Shown in pieces: positions 1-13,300 of a stretch of DNA of 64,000 nucleotides. How positions within the stretch are numbered: position 1 is the first letter of the stretch; each line of letters begins with the position of its first letter. The position numbers and the translations under genes are program-made. This stretch comes from the human T2T-CHM13v2.0 reference genome, Homo sapiens, in the NCBI RefSeq assembly GCF_009914755.1, contig NC_060926.1; one strand, given 5' to 3'. The notes beneath the pieces are model-generated. The model was not told the DNA's origin. It was given only the letters and a program-made list of their open reading frames with translations, and searched no databases.

Positions 1-288
1 AGGATTTTTATAGTTTGGGGTTATACATTTAAGTCTTCAAGTTATCTCGAGTTAATTTTTGCATATGGTGTAAAGAAGGGGTACCATTTCAATCTTCTGC
101 ATGGCTAGACAATTATCCCAGCACTATTTATTGAATGGGGAATCCTTTCCACATTGCTTGTTCCTTTTTTTTTTTTCAGGTTTGGCAAAGATCAGATACT
201 TGTAGGTGTATGGTCTTATTTCTGGGTTCTCTATTCTGTTCATTGGTCTACTTGCCTGTTTTTCTACCAGTACCATGCTGTTTTGGTT
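1..288 (-). mobile_element. LINE-1 ORF2 fragment (primate L1PA-type), continues left out of the window
   Basis: Matches the same antisense ORF2 region seen at ~45610-45890 (e.g. gggaatcctttcc, ccagtaccatgctgttttggt); similarity stops at ~288. Confidence 0.9.
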
Positions 289-384
289 GAACATTGGTAA
301 GAAGAGAGGAGCATGACATTTTAAACAGAAAGAAGTAATTAAGGCAAATTCAATGCAAAGATTTAGTATAATAAAGACTTAGGA

Positions 385-540
385 ATATCCACCAGATTTA
401 AAAATTTGGATGCTCTTTTTGATTTTAGTGAGAGATAATATTAGTAGAGTCAGGGGACGAGGCTGGAATTCAATAGATTAAGAATGAACATGAGGTCAGA
501 AAGTGGTAACAATGAGAATAGATCATGTTTTGAAGTCAGA
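385..540 (-). mobile_element. L2 LINE relic
   Basis: Degenerate match to recalled L2 antisense text (gaggtcagaaagtggtaacaatgagaatagatcatgttttgaag); boundaries approximate. Confidence 0.5.
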
Positions 541-1376
541 TGAGAAATACAAGAAAAATATTTGATTATTGGCGGAGGATTTAGGCTCAGGGTTATACAG
601 AGACAAAGAAATGTAAATCTAAACTAGGACCTAGGAAGTGGATAAGTACAAGGAAGAGAGAGTAGAATGCCTTTGAATAGAAGGGACACTACATCTGAGA
701 ATGAAGAAAAATATTACAAAGACAGAAATCAAAACAAATATGTGGTTGCATAGTTGTGTAAGAGAAGCTTTGTATTTGAGAAAGATGATACCTGATTGCA
801 TTTCTGTCTGCTGAATATGATGAGCCTGGGGGCATAGAGGTTAAGGGCAGTGATGAAAAGACCTTGGAGAACATGTTGGCCAAAACAACTGGAGGGTTTG
901 GCCATGGCTTAGAAGATACACACTAGATGGAGACCAGAAACATGTAGTGGCACCAAATAGCTTTTTAAAAATATATAATTTCTTCCATTGCTATGCAGTA
1001 TTATTAATATTTTATTATACTAAGACTTGAACAAGGGATCCTATTAGTGCTTGTGATGTCTTGTTTCCATAGCTCTATGTGACATTCAGGTCTTTTGTTT
1101 TAAGACGAGTTTGCTACCCATTAGTCTAGAGACAGCTCTGAAAAATTAAAGTTAGAAAATTATCCACATATTGGTCATTGAACAAATACTCTTGATTAAA
1201 GTTATCTTATTTAGATGATATAAAATTAATTTACTGTTTTGTCCTCTGTGGCACAGGCATGAGGTGACACAGAGGCATAAGTTATTGGCAGGTCTCAAAA
1301 TAAATGCCTTATATAAATTTATTGGAAGGTTATTTCTCTTTTGGACTGGATGTGGGGGATTGTGGTTATCATACAT

Positions 1377-1377
<1 letters not shown>

Positions 1378-1418
<41 letters not shown>

Positions 1419-1608
1419 AGACCGAGTCTTGCTGTGTTGCCCAGGCTAGAATGCAGTGGTGCGATTTCAGCTCATTGCAAGCTCCGCCTCCTGGGTTCCA
1501 GGGTTTCACCGTGTTAGCCAGGATGGTCTCCATCTCTTGACCTTGTGATCCACCCACCTCGGCCTCCCAAAGTGCTAGGATTACAGGCGTGAGCCACTGT
1601 GCCTGGCC
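1378..1608 (-). mobile_element. AluY/Sc-type element with ~90-bp internal deletion and T40 tail
   Basis: GCAAGCTCCGCCTCC and ACCGTGTTAGCCAGGATGG diagnostics; body only 191 bp; TACATGT repeated on both sides (1372-1378, 1611-1617). Confidence 0.93.
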
Positions 1609-2009
1609 TGTACATGTCTTGTATTAGCCTGGACATTAAGATCACTCATGAAAACATTTTCTCACTTTACTGTACACTTTATAAACTCTGTACACTTAGG
1701 CTACACTGCATTTTATCCTGCTTTTTTTTTTGTGGGGTGACAGAGAAAAGCATTATGAATTATGACCTAGAAGGGATGTTAAGAGGCATTTGAGACCTAG
1801 AAGTAACCACCCCAGATACATTATGGTTTATATTGAACATTGGATGCATTATTTTAAATAAAATGTCAAATGGGCTTTTATTTTTAAAGGCAAAACAAAT
1901 AGTTTATATATAACCGTGGGCAAAAAAAAAAAAAAAAGTGCTTGGAAACCAATGTTTAAAATGTTCCTTTTGTTGAAATAACTTGTCCCAACATACAAGT
2001 GAAGTCAGA

Positions 2010-2250
2010 GGCTATTATTGTAGTGAGAGACAATATGTGCAGAATAAACACCTTAGACCCAGAGTTATGAAATGGGGGGGATTTGAAGCTCAGTTCTGAT
2101 GTTTACTAAATCCTCGCTTTGGGGCAAGCCATTTAACCTGAGTTAGAATAGCCTGATCTAAAACAAGAATAATGTCTATTGTCCAGGGTTATTTGGTGAA
2201 AAGATAATGACATAGTATTTCTGAAAGCATTTGGTGAAATATAAAGTACT
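2010..2250 (+). mobile_element. MIR SINE
   Basis: MIR core-like text ttggggcaagccatttaacct ... aataatgtctattgtccagggttatt. Confidence 0.65.
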
Positions 2251-2695
2251 CGAAAATACTGTCTTTATTTAAGGGGTCCTGCACAAAAATTTCCATCTAT
2301 AAACCTATTTTTTTAAAAAAAAAACATTTCTGCCAATCTGGAGGCTTTGGGCCCCAGGTTATGTACAAGTTAAGTAGGTAAGTCAGAAGGGCAAGAAGGG
2401 CAAGCCTAAATTTATGTGGGATGTATTTTGATTTTTCATGATATGAAGTGTTTTTAAAAATTTAAAGAACACAGAAGAAAAGAAATAAAAAATAATTCCT
2501 GTATTTACAGTTCTGTCACTTCAGACAATGTGATTTTTTTCTCAATCTTCTTTCCAATTTGTTACATTTGAGAATTTTTTTTTGGAGGGATATATGTAAG
2601 TAAAAAGTAAAATGTTCTATGTCACTGTCTTCACAGACATGACTTCAAAGGCTCTATTGTGTGAGACTTATCACTATGATTGATTAATTAGTATA

Positions 2696-3723
2696 TAGTC
2701 ACGCATTGCTAAGCAAGGGAGATACATTCTGATAAATGCATTGTTAAGCATTGTGAGAACATTCACAAACCTAGATAGTACAGCCTACTATACACCCAGT
2801 CTATATGGTATAGTCTATTGCTTCTAGGCTACAAATCTGTACAGCATGTTACTGTACTGAACACTGTAGGCAATTGTAACACAATGGTAAGGATGTGTGT
2901 ATCTAAACATAGAAAAGGTACAGTAAAAATAAAGTCTAAAAGATAAACAATGACATACCTGTATAGGACTGTCACCAGGAAGGAAACTTGCACAACTGAA
3001 ATTTGCTCTGGGTGAGCCTGTGAGTGAGTGATGAGTGAATGTGAAGGCCTAGGACAATATTGTTTGGTACTGCACACTTTATAAACACTGTACACTTAGG
3101 CTACATTGAATTTATTTAAAAAATTCTTTCAATAATAAATTAATCTTGGCATATGGTCACATTTTTGCTTTATAAACTTTAATTTAAAAAAACTTTTTGA
3201 CTCTTTGCAATAACGCTTAGCTTAAAACACTAACACATTGTTTAGATGTATAAAAATATTTTCTTTTAAAGTATCTTTATTCTGTAAGCTTTTGTCTATT
3301 TTAAACACGATTTTTTAACTTTTTAAATGTTTTTGTAAAAAACTACGACACAAATACACACATTAGCCTAGGCCTACCCAGGGTCAGGATCATCAGTATG
3401 ACTGTCTTCCACCTCCACATCTCGTCCTGCTAGGTCTTCAGGGACAGTAGCACCATGGAGCTGTTATCTCCTATGCTAACAATGCCTTCTTCTGGAACAC
3501 CTCTTGAAGGACAGACCTGAGGTTGTTTTACAGTTAACTTTGTTTTCAAATAAGTAAAATGAGTAGGCTCTAAAATAACACTAAAAAGTATAGTATATAC
3601 ATAATCATATATAGTATACATATAAAAGTATAGTAAATACATAAACTAGAAATAGTCATTTATTATCATTAACAAATATAATATTTGTTGTTAACTAAAA
3701 GGTTGTTATATGAAGCATGACTG
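2696..3723 (-). mobile_element. Tigger3b/MER7-type TcMar DNA transposon, non-autonomous
   Basis: Terminal inverted repeats (t)agtcacgc ... gcatgactg flanked by TA; internal ctgtacacttaggctacac and cattagcctaggcctac motifs. Confidence 0.88.
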
Positions 3724-3894
3724 TATTTACAGCTTTTTATTTTTATGTGTAATGTAAGTGAATCTTTGCTATATTTAGCATTATTTTTTTTAATTCCAAT
3801 GACCTTGAATTTTATTGTTTTATTTCAAAGAGAATGTCTTTAAAAAATCAATTAAAATAATAAATGTACTACAATAGACTGCTCTGGCTCCCAG

Positions 3895-4005
3895 AAAATT
3901 GTAATCTTCATGAGGGCTCAGGTGGTGTAATTAACCTTTGCCATCCCCAGCAGTACTTGACACAGTATTTCAGCAGAGTTGGCACCTATTATTGGAGAGT
4001 GAATT
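3895..4005 (+). mobile_element. L2 3' end relic
   Basis: aattgtaatcttcatgagggc ... atccccagcagtacttgacacagt, typical of the L2 3' end. Confidence 0.5.
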
Positions 4006-5152
4006 GTTTGTTAGCTTCAGTGTATTTCATTCCCCAAGCTAGAGAAATTGCTGTCCTCCAATAGCTATGTAGAGAAATGATGTCATGGCAGGGCCTATAA
4101 TATTTTGTCATGATATTTTATTTCAAGGCTAGTTGGGCAAATGATAATGTAGGCAGAGCACATTCACAAATTGGATAAACAGATGGGCTTTTATTGCCGG
4201 AAATAATTTGTTCTTGGAAGAAACATCTAACACCAGTGACTGCCATATTTTGACAGAAGAATGACATTTGGGATTGGAGTCATAACTGACCTGGCACATT
4301 TTGGATGGATAGCATTGCTGAAACAAATGAGTAGGAATTATTTATTAATATAGTAAATTTAGTACGTTATTTACCGGAAATCCCATTTACTTGCTTATAT
4401 TTTTTATTTCTAAATATGTTATCTTATATGTGCAATAAGTACATGAATTCTCACTGGTGCTAAAACCAATGAGCTTAGCTTGTACATTAGACAGTTGAGT
4501 TATAATTTCAAATAACTACAATCAGGAGCATTTCATTACTGCAAGCCCGTGGACTGAAGTACAAATCTGATATGACATTTTATTACCCACTTAATGCTGG
4601 TCCAGAATCGTCAAAATTCCAGATAAATGATTTAGCATTATTTGCATTTTTTTATATTGTGAACAATTTAAGGTTAGGAACCACTTCTCATATATTTTAT
4701 ATACTTTATTTCCATCTCCCAAAGCCTAGTGCTGATGTCATAAACAAATTCTAAATACCTGCTTGCTAGCTGATAAATTGATGAATGGATGAGTAGATGG
4801 ATGGATGAAAGGACGGCACAATCACCCACCCCATCACTAGTCATTGTCAAACTTGTTCCATTTTTTCTTTAGTGCCTAAACTTCTTTGAATACTAAAATT
4901 TTAGTAACGAATGGATTATTCTTTTGCTTACTTTCCTATTCACTCAATAGCTGAGTTATGAAAGTCTGTCATATGTTTAATACTGCAAATGGGCTCAACC
5001 TGCAAACACTGCAGAAGGCCAGTTGCTGCTTTAAGATTATAATCTAGTAGACATATGGCATGTGCCACAGAAGTGTTAGAGGGTGTTACTAAAGTACTTA
5101 CGATGGATGCCTAACTTGAATGGGAAAAGTAGTAGAGGAGAGGGACAAGAGA

Positions 5153-5194
5153 TAGAGGTAGAGAGAGAGAGAGAGAGAGAGAGGTGGAGAGAGA
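5153..5194. repeat. (GA)n microsatellite, imperfect
   Basis: Visible gagaga run. Confidence 0.9.
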
Positions 5195-5526
5195 AGAAAT
5201 TCAGCATTGAATTCACTCAGTAAAGATTATTTAGAGCATCAACTCTGTTTCAGGCATTATTGATAGACCTCAGAGTAGCAATAGTGAACAAGGAAGACAC
5301 AGTTGCTAACCTGGCAATCTTCACAGTTTAAAGAGCAAAACATAGACTCTAGTAGAAGAAAAGGATTGATACGTAAGTCAAGCAATAAGTGGTGAATTTC
5401 AGAGGGGATTAGACACCCAAATATCTGAAATAAATGGACAACTGAACTGGAAGTATTGTTTATGTAGAAATCAACCTTTACAATGTCCTCAAAAAGCCTA
5501 ATCAACTTGAAATTAATCAATCTAGG

Positions 5527-5798
5527 GGAAAGTCATAATACCTTATTAAGCATCTACAATACAATTGACATTTTCCCAACACTATCTTTTTAGCCCTCTT
5601 TGAAGTGACTCTAAACTTTATTTTGAAGATGAGGAAGCTAAGATGAAGAGATATTAAAAATTTTACCTAAATAGTCATGCAAGTTTATGGTTAAGTAGGG
5701 ATTCACAGTGATATTACTAAGTTCTGATATTTATTGACCACTTGCGTTTATAATAAGCCTCTTAAGCCTAAAAGAAAAGAGAAACTGCTGAAAGTTTT
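5527..5798 (-). repeat. MIR-containing segment, copy A of a local duplication
   Basis: Antisense MIR core (ttttgaagatgaggaagctaag); aligns by eye to 7368-7626 including non-MIR flank. Confidence 0.8.
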
Positions 5799-7367
5799 CT
5801 CCTGACCAGGATCTTGCATTTCAGCATTTGAGTAAGAAAAATGCATTGCAATAAAATAAAGAAGCGAGAGTAAAAATTCAAGAGAAAATATAGTTAAATA
5901 CATTTATAGATTTAAGAAAGTGTTTATTGCTTCTTTTAATATAAATGTTCAACCTGATTTTCGGAGTGAAATGTTCTCAGTTTTCTATTAACATCACTTT
6001 TATCAGCATATCTCATTACCCAACTCTGTGCTTACTATAATTTATAGATGCCCAGGGCTCCAGGAAGGGAATGGCCTCTGTCAATACCATATAAATAAGA
6101 CATAAGGCTGCTAGGATTTTCAAATCAGAGGAATAAAATTATTTTAGGTTTTGTATAGAAAGAGTGACAGATTATAGATTTATTTATTAAAGCCAAAATT
6201 GTTTGAATAACATAAATGCTACAACATATTGAGTGTAATAACAAAATCAGTGCCCAGAGTAAAATTGAAAAGAAAAGAAAAAAAAAGAAGCACATTTGAA
6301 CATTATAAAGAAATATCTCTGCTGGTTTATGCCGGGAGAAAGTCAATAAAAGTTCAAACCATAATGTGATACTAAATCTCAATTACTCTTTGTGAGGAAC
6401 CATTAAAACAATTATGTAGTTTTATTTATTTAGGAGAGCATATTGATGGTTTCTTTCTTCTTGGTTCTGGTACTTACCTAGTAGGGTAGATATAAAATAG
6501 AAGGCTTTGTAGGATATAATTACTTCCAGGGTTTTGTTTACGGTGCCTTTTCCTTTATCAAGTGATAAGTTTGTTGAGCATGTAACTGGAACTAATAGTT
6601 TAGCCCTTTGAACAATGAAATGCCCAAATGCACAAATGCACAAATCACAGAAGATCAAAACTGGCATGAATCAAATTAGTATAAAAGGATGGGTGAAATT
6701 TTTAAAAAGTATGTATTGGGGCAGTTTTTTTGTGAGAAGTGATTCAATTTAAGCATTAAAAACTGGATATATATGAATTCTAATAAGCAGATTGTGCATG
6801 TAAATGAATGTGACATTTGGATTATTTCTAAGAGTGTGACTCAAAATATTAATGCCTTGCAATGAGTATGAGATTCTAAAACTGAAGAAGGGAAGAAAAG
6901 GACAGTCAAATAGAACTAGGGAAATGGTAAATCAATGTTTTACATTGTTACAAACTTTTTGCTTTATTGTACATGAATATCTTTGTGTGACTATGTATTC
7001 AAAGAACAGAGAAGGGAAAGCTAGAGAGTGTTACCCTAGAGAGCTACCTGCATGCTACATCAATATGATGTATATTGTATGTGTAAAAATTACGCATATG
7101 TTAATGTGTGTAAAGTAAATAGGAGTGCAGAAAAATAGAAATGCAGTCTCCAACCATTGGAAATATAAAAATATATAGAAAAAAATGTAACAATTGCAAT
7201 ATATATCCATGTCATTGTGATTATTTAAAAACTGACTTAATCTATCACAAAGAAGTATAACCCCTTTTTAAAAAGCCAGAGAAACTAAAGAAACATAGTT
7301 TTGGTGTCTTATAATGCTCAGATTTTCTTCATTTGATATCAATTGAAAAGGAAAAATTCAGTCTCGA

Positions 7368-7626
7368 GGAAAGTTATACATACTTTATTGAGCATCTACA
7401 ACATACCTGACACTTTCTCAACACTATCTTTTTAACCTTTTTGAAACAACTGTAGATTTTGCAGATGAGAAAACTAAGATGAAGGGATTAGAAATTTTAC
7501 CAAAATCATAATGGAAGTGTATGATTAAGTAGGGATTCAAAACATTGTAGAGTTCTAATCTTTCTTGACCATTTGTATTTGTAATAAATCCCTTAAGCTG
7601 AAAGAAAAAGAGGTGTTGAAAGTTTT
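7368..7626 (-). repeat. MIR-containing segment, copy B of a local duplication
   Basis: ttttgcagatgagaaaactaag; shares caacactatcttttta and ttaagtagggattca with copy A. Confidence 0.8.
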
Positions 7627-7655
7627 GTATTGGTCAATGTATTGGTCCTCTACAA

Positions 7656-8124
7656 CAGGGATCCCTAACCAGGCCACACAGCAGGAGGTGAGCAGCAGGT
7701 GAGCGAGTGAAGCTTCATCTTTATTTACAGCTGTTCCCCACCACTTGCATTGCAGCCTGAGTTTCACCACCTGTCAGATCAGTGGCAGCATTAGATTCTC
7801 ATAGGAATGCAAACCCTATTGTGAACTGCATATGTAAGGGATCTAGGTTGTGCGCTCCTCATGAGAACTTGTCACTGCCTCCCATCATTCCCAGACGGGA
7901 CCATCTAGTTGTAGGAAAACAAACTCAGGGCTCCCACTGATTCTACATTATAGTGAGTTGTATTATTATTTCACTGTATATTACAATGTAATAATAATAG
8001 AAGTAAAGCGCACAATAAATGTAATGCACTTTAGTCATTCTGAAACCATCCCCTTATCATGCTGGTCTGTGGAAAAATTGTCTTCCACAAAACCGGCTTC
8101 TGGTGCCAAAAAGGCTGGGGATTG
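7656..8124 (+). mobile_element. MER1A hAT-Charlie DNA transposon
   Basis: caggg...cacagcaggaggtgagc start, ggtgccaaaaaggctgggga end; 8-bp TSD ctctacaa (7648-7655) / ttctacaa (8125-8132). Confidence 0.9.
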
Positions 8125-9303
8125 TTCTACAATACAAGTAGTATTGTATTTTAGTTTATAGGTTTTTTAAAAATTGGTCATTTTAGTTATCAATGTGTTG
8201 TTCCTAACAGAAAATGGAATGTAATTAAATATCAATAAATACAGTTCAAAGTCCAATAGAGAAAAAAAAAAGATGGTTTTCTTTTTTCCCTCTTTTAGAA
8301 TAGTTTATGATGTTAGTAATATATTTTTATTATATAAAAATTGGAACATTTACATAAGAAAAAAAAGTGCAATATTTACAATCTTGTCCTAGAAATAACT
8401 GTTGCCAACATTATGGTAAAGTTTCTCCCAGATGTTTTTTTCCTTATGTATTATTAGTTAAATTTCTTATAGCATCAAGTAGCATATCCTTTTTATTCCC
8501 ACTAAACCATTTATCAAGACCATGCTTCTTTCTTATAAAAGTTTATCCCAATATCACTTATAACAGTGTGGTATTATTCTGTTAATGAATTAATAAGTTA
8601 TTGTTATAATAAGTTACAGAAAATGTAAATGCTTAGAAAAGACCAAGCAGGTAACTTAAGTGTCTAAATTAGACAATGGAGGTCTGTGAAACAACCAGAA
8701 AACCCAAGCCCAGCCTAATGAATTTTAAATTAATGTTTTACTTTAATATAAAATAAAAACATAAATAAATATCACAATGCTAGCCAAACCAAACTCACCT
8801 CTAATAAATGCTGTCTGAGGATTGTTACTTTGTCACCCCTAAACCAAAATAGCCGATTATGGATATTTAGGTTGGTAAAAGAAAGTTTACCAAAATTAAC
8901 CACAATATAGAATGCCTAGGTACCCCCACTTTACCCTAAGAGACAAAAACAGATGAATATCCCCTAAGAACTAAGAATATTCTCAATCTGGAGAAAATTT
9001 ACATACTTTTAATTTGAACAATTGATACTGAAATGTATCTTTAAAAATATTAAATTTTGTACCAAATACAAAATCTAGGGCAGGGGATACATACATGCAA
9101 ACAAAATGATAAGAGTAGTTGTGTCAGGGAGGAAGAGAATTGGGTGGCTAGGAGACTTTTTGTCATATAACCTTATCTTTGATGGCGAGTTAACCAGTTT
9201 GTGTAGGTATAGTTGTCTTTTCCTTTTCACTCTTTTAATATGTGTTAGAATTTTGAAACTGAGAATTCATATTCCTCATTAGTTTTTAAAACTCCTTAAC
9301 CAG

Positions 9304-9768
9304 AGTATTAGTTTTCTAGGAATGCCATGACAAACTACTACAAAGTGGGTAATTTAAAACAACAGAAATGTATTATCTCATAGTTCTGGAGGTCATAAGT
9401 CCAAAATCAAGGTGTCAGCAGGGTTGGTTCCCCCTGGAGGCTCGGAGGGAAGAGTCATTCAATGCCTCTCTCCTAGGATGTGGTGGAACCCAGAAATTCT
9501 TAACACTCCTTGGCTTATCAATATATCACTATAATCTCTGCCTCTGTCTTCATGTAACCTTCCTCTCTGTGTCTTCTCATTTTAGTCTCTTATAAAAACA
9601 GTGATGATTAGTTTTATGGCCCATCCTAATCCAGTATGATTTCATTTTCAGATCCTTATTTTAATTGTATCTGTGAATTAAATCTTTATTCCAGATGATG
9701 TAACATTTTGAGATTCTTGATGAAATTATCTTTGGGGTATGGTGTGGGCCACTACTTAACCCACCACA
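9304..9768 (-). mobile_element. MLT1 (MaLR) solo LTR, MLT1B/C/D-like
   Basis: gtattagttttcta...aaaacaacagaaatgtattatctcatagttctggagg...aacccaccaca. Confidence 0.85.
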
Positions 9769-9932
9769 AGCATTATTATCTTTTCAAATATCTCTTCCTT
9801 ATTCTATTGTTTTCTTTAAGAATTTCAAAGTGAGCATTAGATCTTTGAATGCTATCTTTGAAGTCTCACAGCCGATCTTATATTCTCTCTCTCTGCAAGT
9901 CTGTGTTATATTCTGTATAACTTCTTCACATA

Positions 9933-10325
9933 TGTATCAGTTAACTTTTACTATTTGTCAAACTACTCTGAACTTGGAATAATAATTTATTCAGCTTATG
10001 GTTCTGTACATCAGCACTTAGGTCTGTGTTCAGGTGGTTGGTCCTTCTTGTATGAGCTGGGCTTGGATGATGTTAGCTAGGTGTGTTCAAGTGTCTGCAA
10101 CCAATTGGAGGGTCTTTAGGCTGGGTGCTTTATTATAGCTATGGATGAAACAAGCTTTGGTCTCTCATCCTGTAGCATGTTAGCTTGGGCTTATTTGCCT
10201 CATGGAAGTAGAGGTCCAAGAGTGTGAGCAGAAATGTTGTAATGCTTTTTTAAAGCCTAGATTGGACCTAGCACAATGTTGATTCAACCATATTCTGTTG
10301 GCTAAATCAAGTCACAAAGCCAAAA
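9933..10325 (-). mobile_element. Older MLT1 LTR, cut off at the L1 junction
   Basis: tgtatcagtt start; catattctgttggctaaatcaagtcacaaagcc typical of MLT1; not resumed after the L1. Confidence 0.65.
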
Positions 10326-10361
10326 CTTTACTATTGTAAAGCAAAAGTTGCTTACTATTGT

Positions 10362-13300
10362 AAGCAAAAGTTGATAGACTTCATTACTACCAGACCTGCC
10401 TTACAAGAGGACTTGAAAGGAATACTAAATATAGAAAGGAAAGACTGCTACCAGATAATACAAAAACACACTTAGACACACAGACCAGTGTCACTGTAAA
10501 GCAACACACAAACAAGCCAACATAATAACCAGCTAACAGCACAATGACAGGATCAAATCCACACATAGCGATACTAACCTTGAATGTAAATGGGCTCAAT
10601 GCCCCCACTTAAAAGTCACAGAGTGGCAAGCTGGATAAAAAGCAAGAACCAATGGTATGCTGTCTTCAAGAGACCCATCATTCATACAGTGACACTCATA
10701 GGCTCAAAATAAAAGGATGAAGAAAAATCTACCAAACAAATGGAAGACAGAAAAATGCAGGGGTTTCAATCCTAATTTCACAAAAAATGGATTTCAAAAG
10801 AACAATGATCAAAAAAGACAATGAAGAGCATTGCATAATGGTAAAGGGTTTAATTCAACAAGACCTAAGTATCCTAAATATATATGTACCCAACACAGGA
10901 GCACCCAGATTCATAAAGCAAGTTCTTAGAGACCTACAAAGAGACATCGACTCCCACAGAATATTAGTGGGAAACTTCAACACTCCATTGACAGTATAAG
11001 ACAGATCACTGAGGCAGAAAATTAACAAATATTCAGGACCTAAACTCAGCATTGGATCAAATGGATTTGATAGACCTTTACAGAAGTCTCCACCTAAAAA
11101 CAACAGAATGTACATTCTTCTTATTGCCACATGGCACATCCCCTAAAATCAACCACGTAATTGGGCATAAAACCATCTTCAACAAATGTAAAAGAACTGA
11201 AATCATGCCAAATAAACTCTTAGACCAAGGCACAATAAAAATAGAAGTCAACACAATGAAAATTGCTCAAAACTATACATTTACATGGAAATTAAACAAC
11301 ATGCTCTGAATTACTTTTTGGTAAATAATGAAATTAAGGCAGAAATCAAGAAATTAACTGAAACTAATGAGAACAAAGATACAACATACCAGAATCTCTG
11401 GAACATAGCTAAGGCAGCATTAAGAGGAAAATTCATAGCACTAAATGCCCACATAAAAAGTTAGAAAGATGGCAAATTAACAACCTAACTTCACAACTGA
11501 TAGAATTAGAGAAGCAAGAACAAATCAACCCCAAAGCTCCAGAAGATGAGAAATAACAAAAGTCAGAGCTGAGCTGAAGAAAAATGAGACACAAAAAAAC
11601 ATTCAAAAGATCAAAAAATCCAGGTGTTGGTTTTTTGAAAAAATTAATAAAATAGGCCACTGGCTAGACTAATTAAGAAGGAAACAGATAAGATCCAAAT
11701 GAACACAATTAGAAATGACAAAGGGAATGTTAGTACTCACTGCAGAGAAATAAAAACAACCATCAGAAACTACTATGAACATTTCTAGAAACACAAACTA
11801 GAAAACCTGGAAGAGATGGGTAAATTCCTGGACACATACACCCTCCCAAGACTAAGCCAAGAAGAAATTGATTCCCTGAACAGACCAATACTGAGCTTTG
11901 AAATTGAATCAGTAATAAATAGCCTACCAACAAAAAAGCCCAGGACCTGAAGGATTCACAGTCAAATCCTAACAGATGTACAAAGAAGAGTTGGTACCAT
12001 TCCATGAAAGCTATTTCAAAAAATTGAGAAGGAGGGACTTCTCTGAGTCCTTCAACTCATTCTCTGAGGCCAGCAGCATCTTAATACCAAAACCCGGCAG
12101 AGATACAACAACAACAACAACAACAAAAACTTCAGGCCAATATTCTTGAGGAACATCAATGCAAAAATCCTCAACAAAATACTTGTAAACCATATTTGTC
12201 AGTACATAAAAAGTGAATCCACCATGATCAAGCAGGCTTTATAACCTGTGATGCAGGTTTGGTTGAACATATGAAAATAAATAAATGTGACCTATCACAT
12301 GAATGGAACTAAAGACAAAAACCACATGATCATCTCAATAGATGCAGAAAAGGCTTTTGATAAAATTCAATATCCCTTTATGTTAAAAACTCTCAATAAG
12401 CTATGTATTAAAGGAATATACCTCAAAATAATAAGAACCACTTATGACAAACCCACAGCCAACATTATACTAAACTGGTAAAAGCTGGAAGCATTCCCCT
12501 TGAAAACCAGCACAAGACAAGGATTCCCTCTCTAGCAACTTCTATTCAACAAAGTATTGGAAGTCCTAGCCATAGCAATCAGGCAAGAGAAAAAAAATAA
12601 AGGGCATCCAAATAGGTTGGGAGGAAGTCAAACTATCTCTGTTTGCAGACGACATGATTCTATATCTAGAAAACCCCATAGTGTCAGCCAAAAACCTCTT
12701 TTAGCTAATAACTTCAGTAAAGTTGTAGAGTACAAAATCAATGTGTAAAAATTACTAGCATTCCTATACACCAAAAACAACCAAACCGAGAGCGAAATCT
12801 GAAAGGCAATCCCATTCATAATTGACACACATGCACACACACACACACACACGCCTAGTAATACAGCTAACCAGGGAGGTGAAAGATCTCTACAATAAGA
12901 ACTACAAAACACAGCTCAAAGAAATAAGAGAAGACACAAACAAGTGAAAAAACATTCCATGTTTATGGATAGGAAGAATCAATATCATTAAAGTGGCTAT
13001 ACTTCCCAAAGCAATTACAAATTCAATGCTATTCCTATGAAACTACCAACAACATTATTTACAGAACTAGAAAAAATTACTTTAAAATTTATATGGATTC
13101 AAAAGCAAGCCTGAATAGCCAAGGCAATCCTAAGCAAAAAGAACAAAGCTGGAGGCATCACACTAACTGACTTTATATTACAAGGCTACAGTGACTAAAA
13201 CAGCGTGGTACTGGTACAAAAACAGAAATATAGACCAATGGAACAGAATAGAGAGCCCAGGAATAAGACTGCACATACACAACTATCTGATATTTGACAA

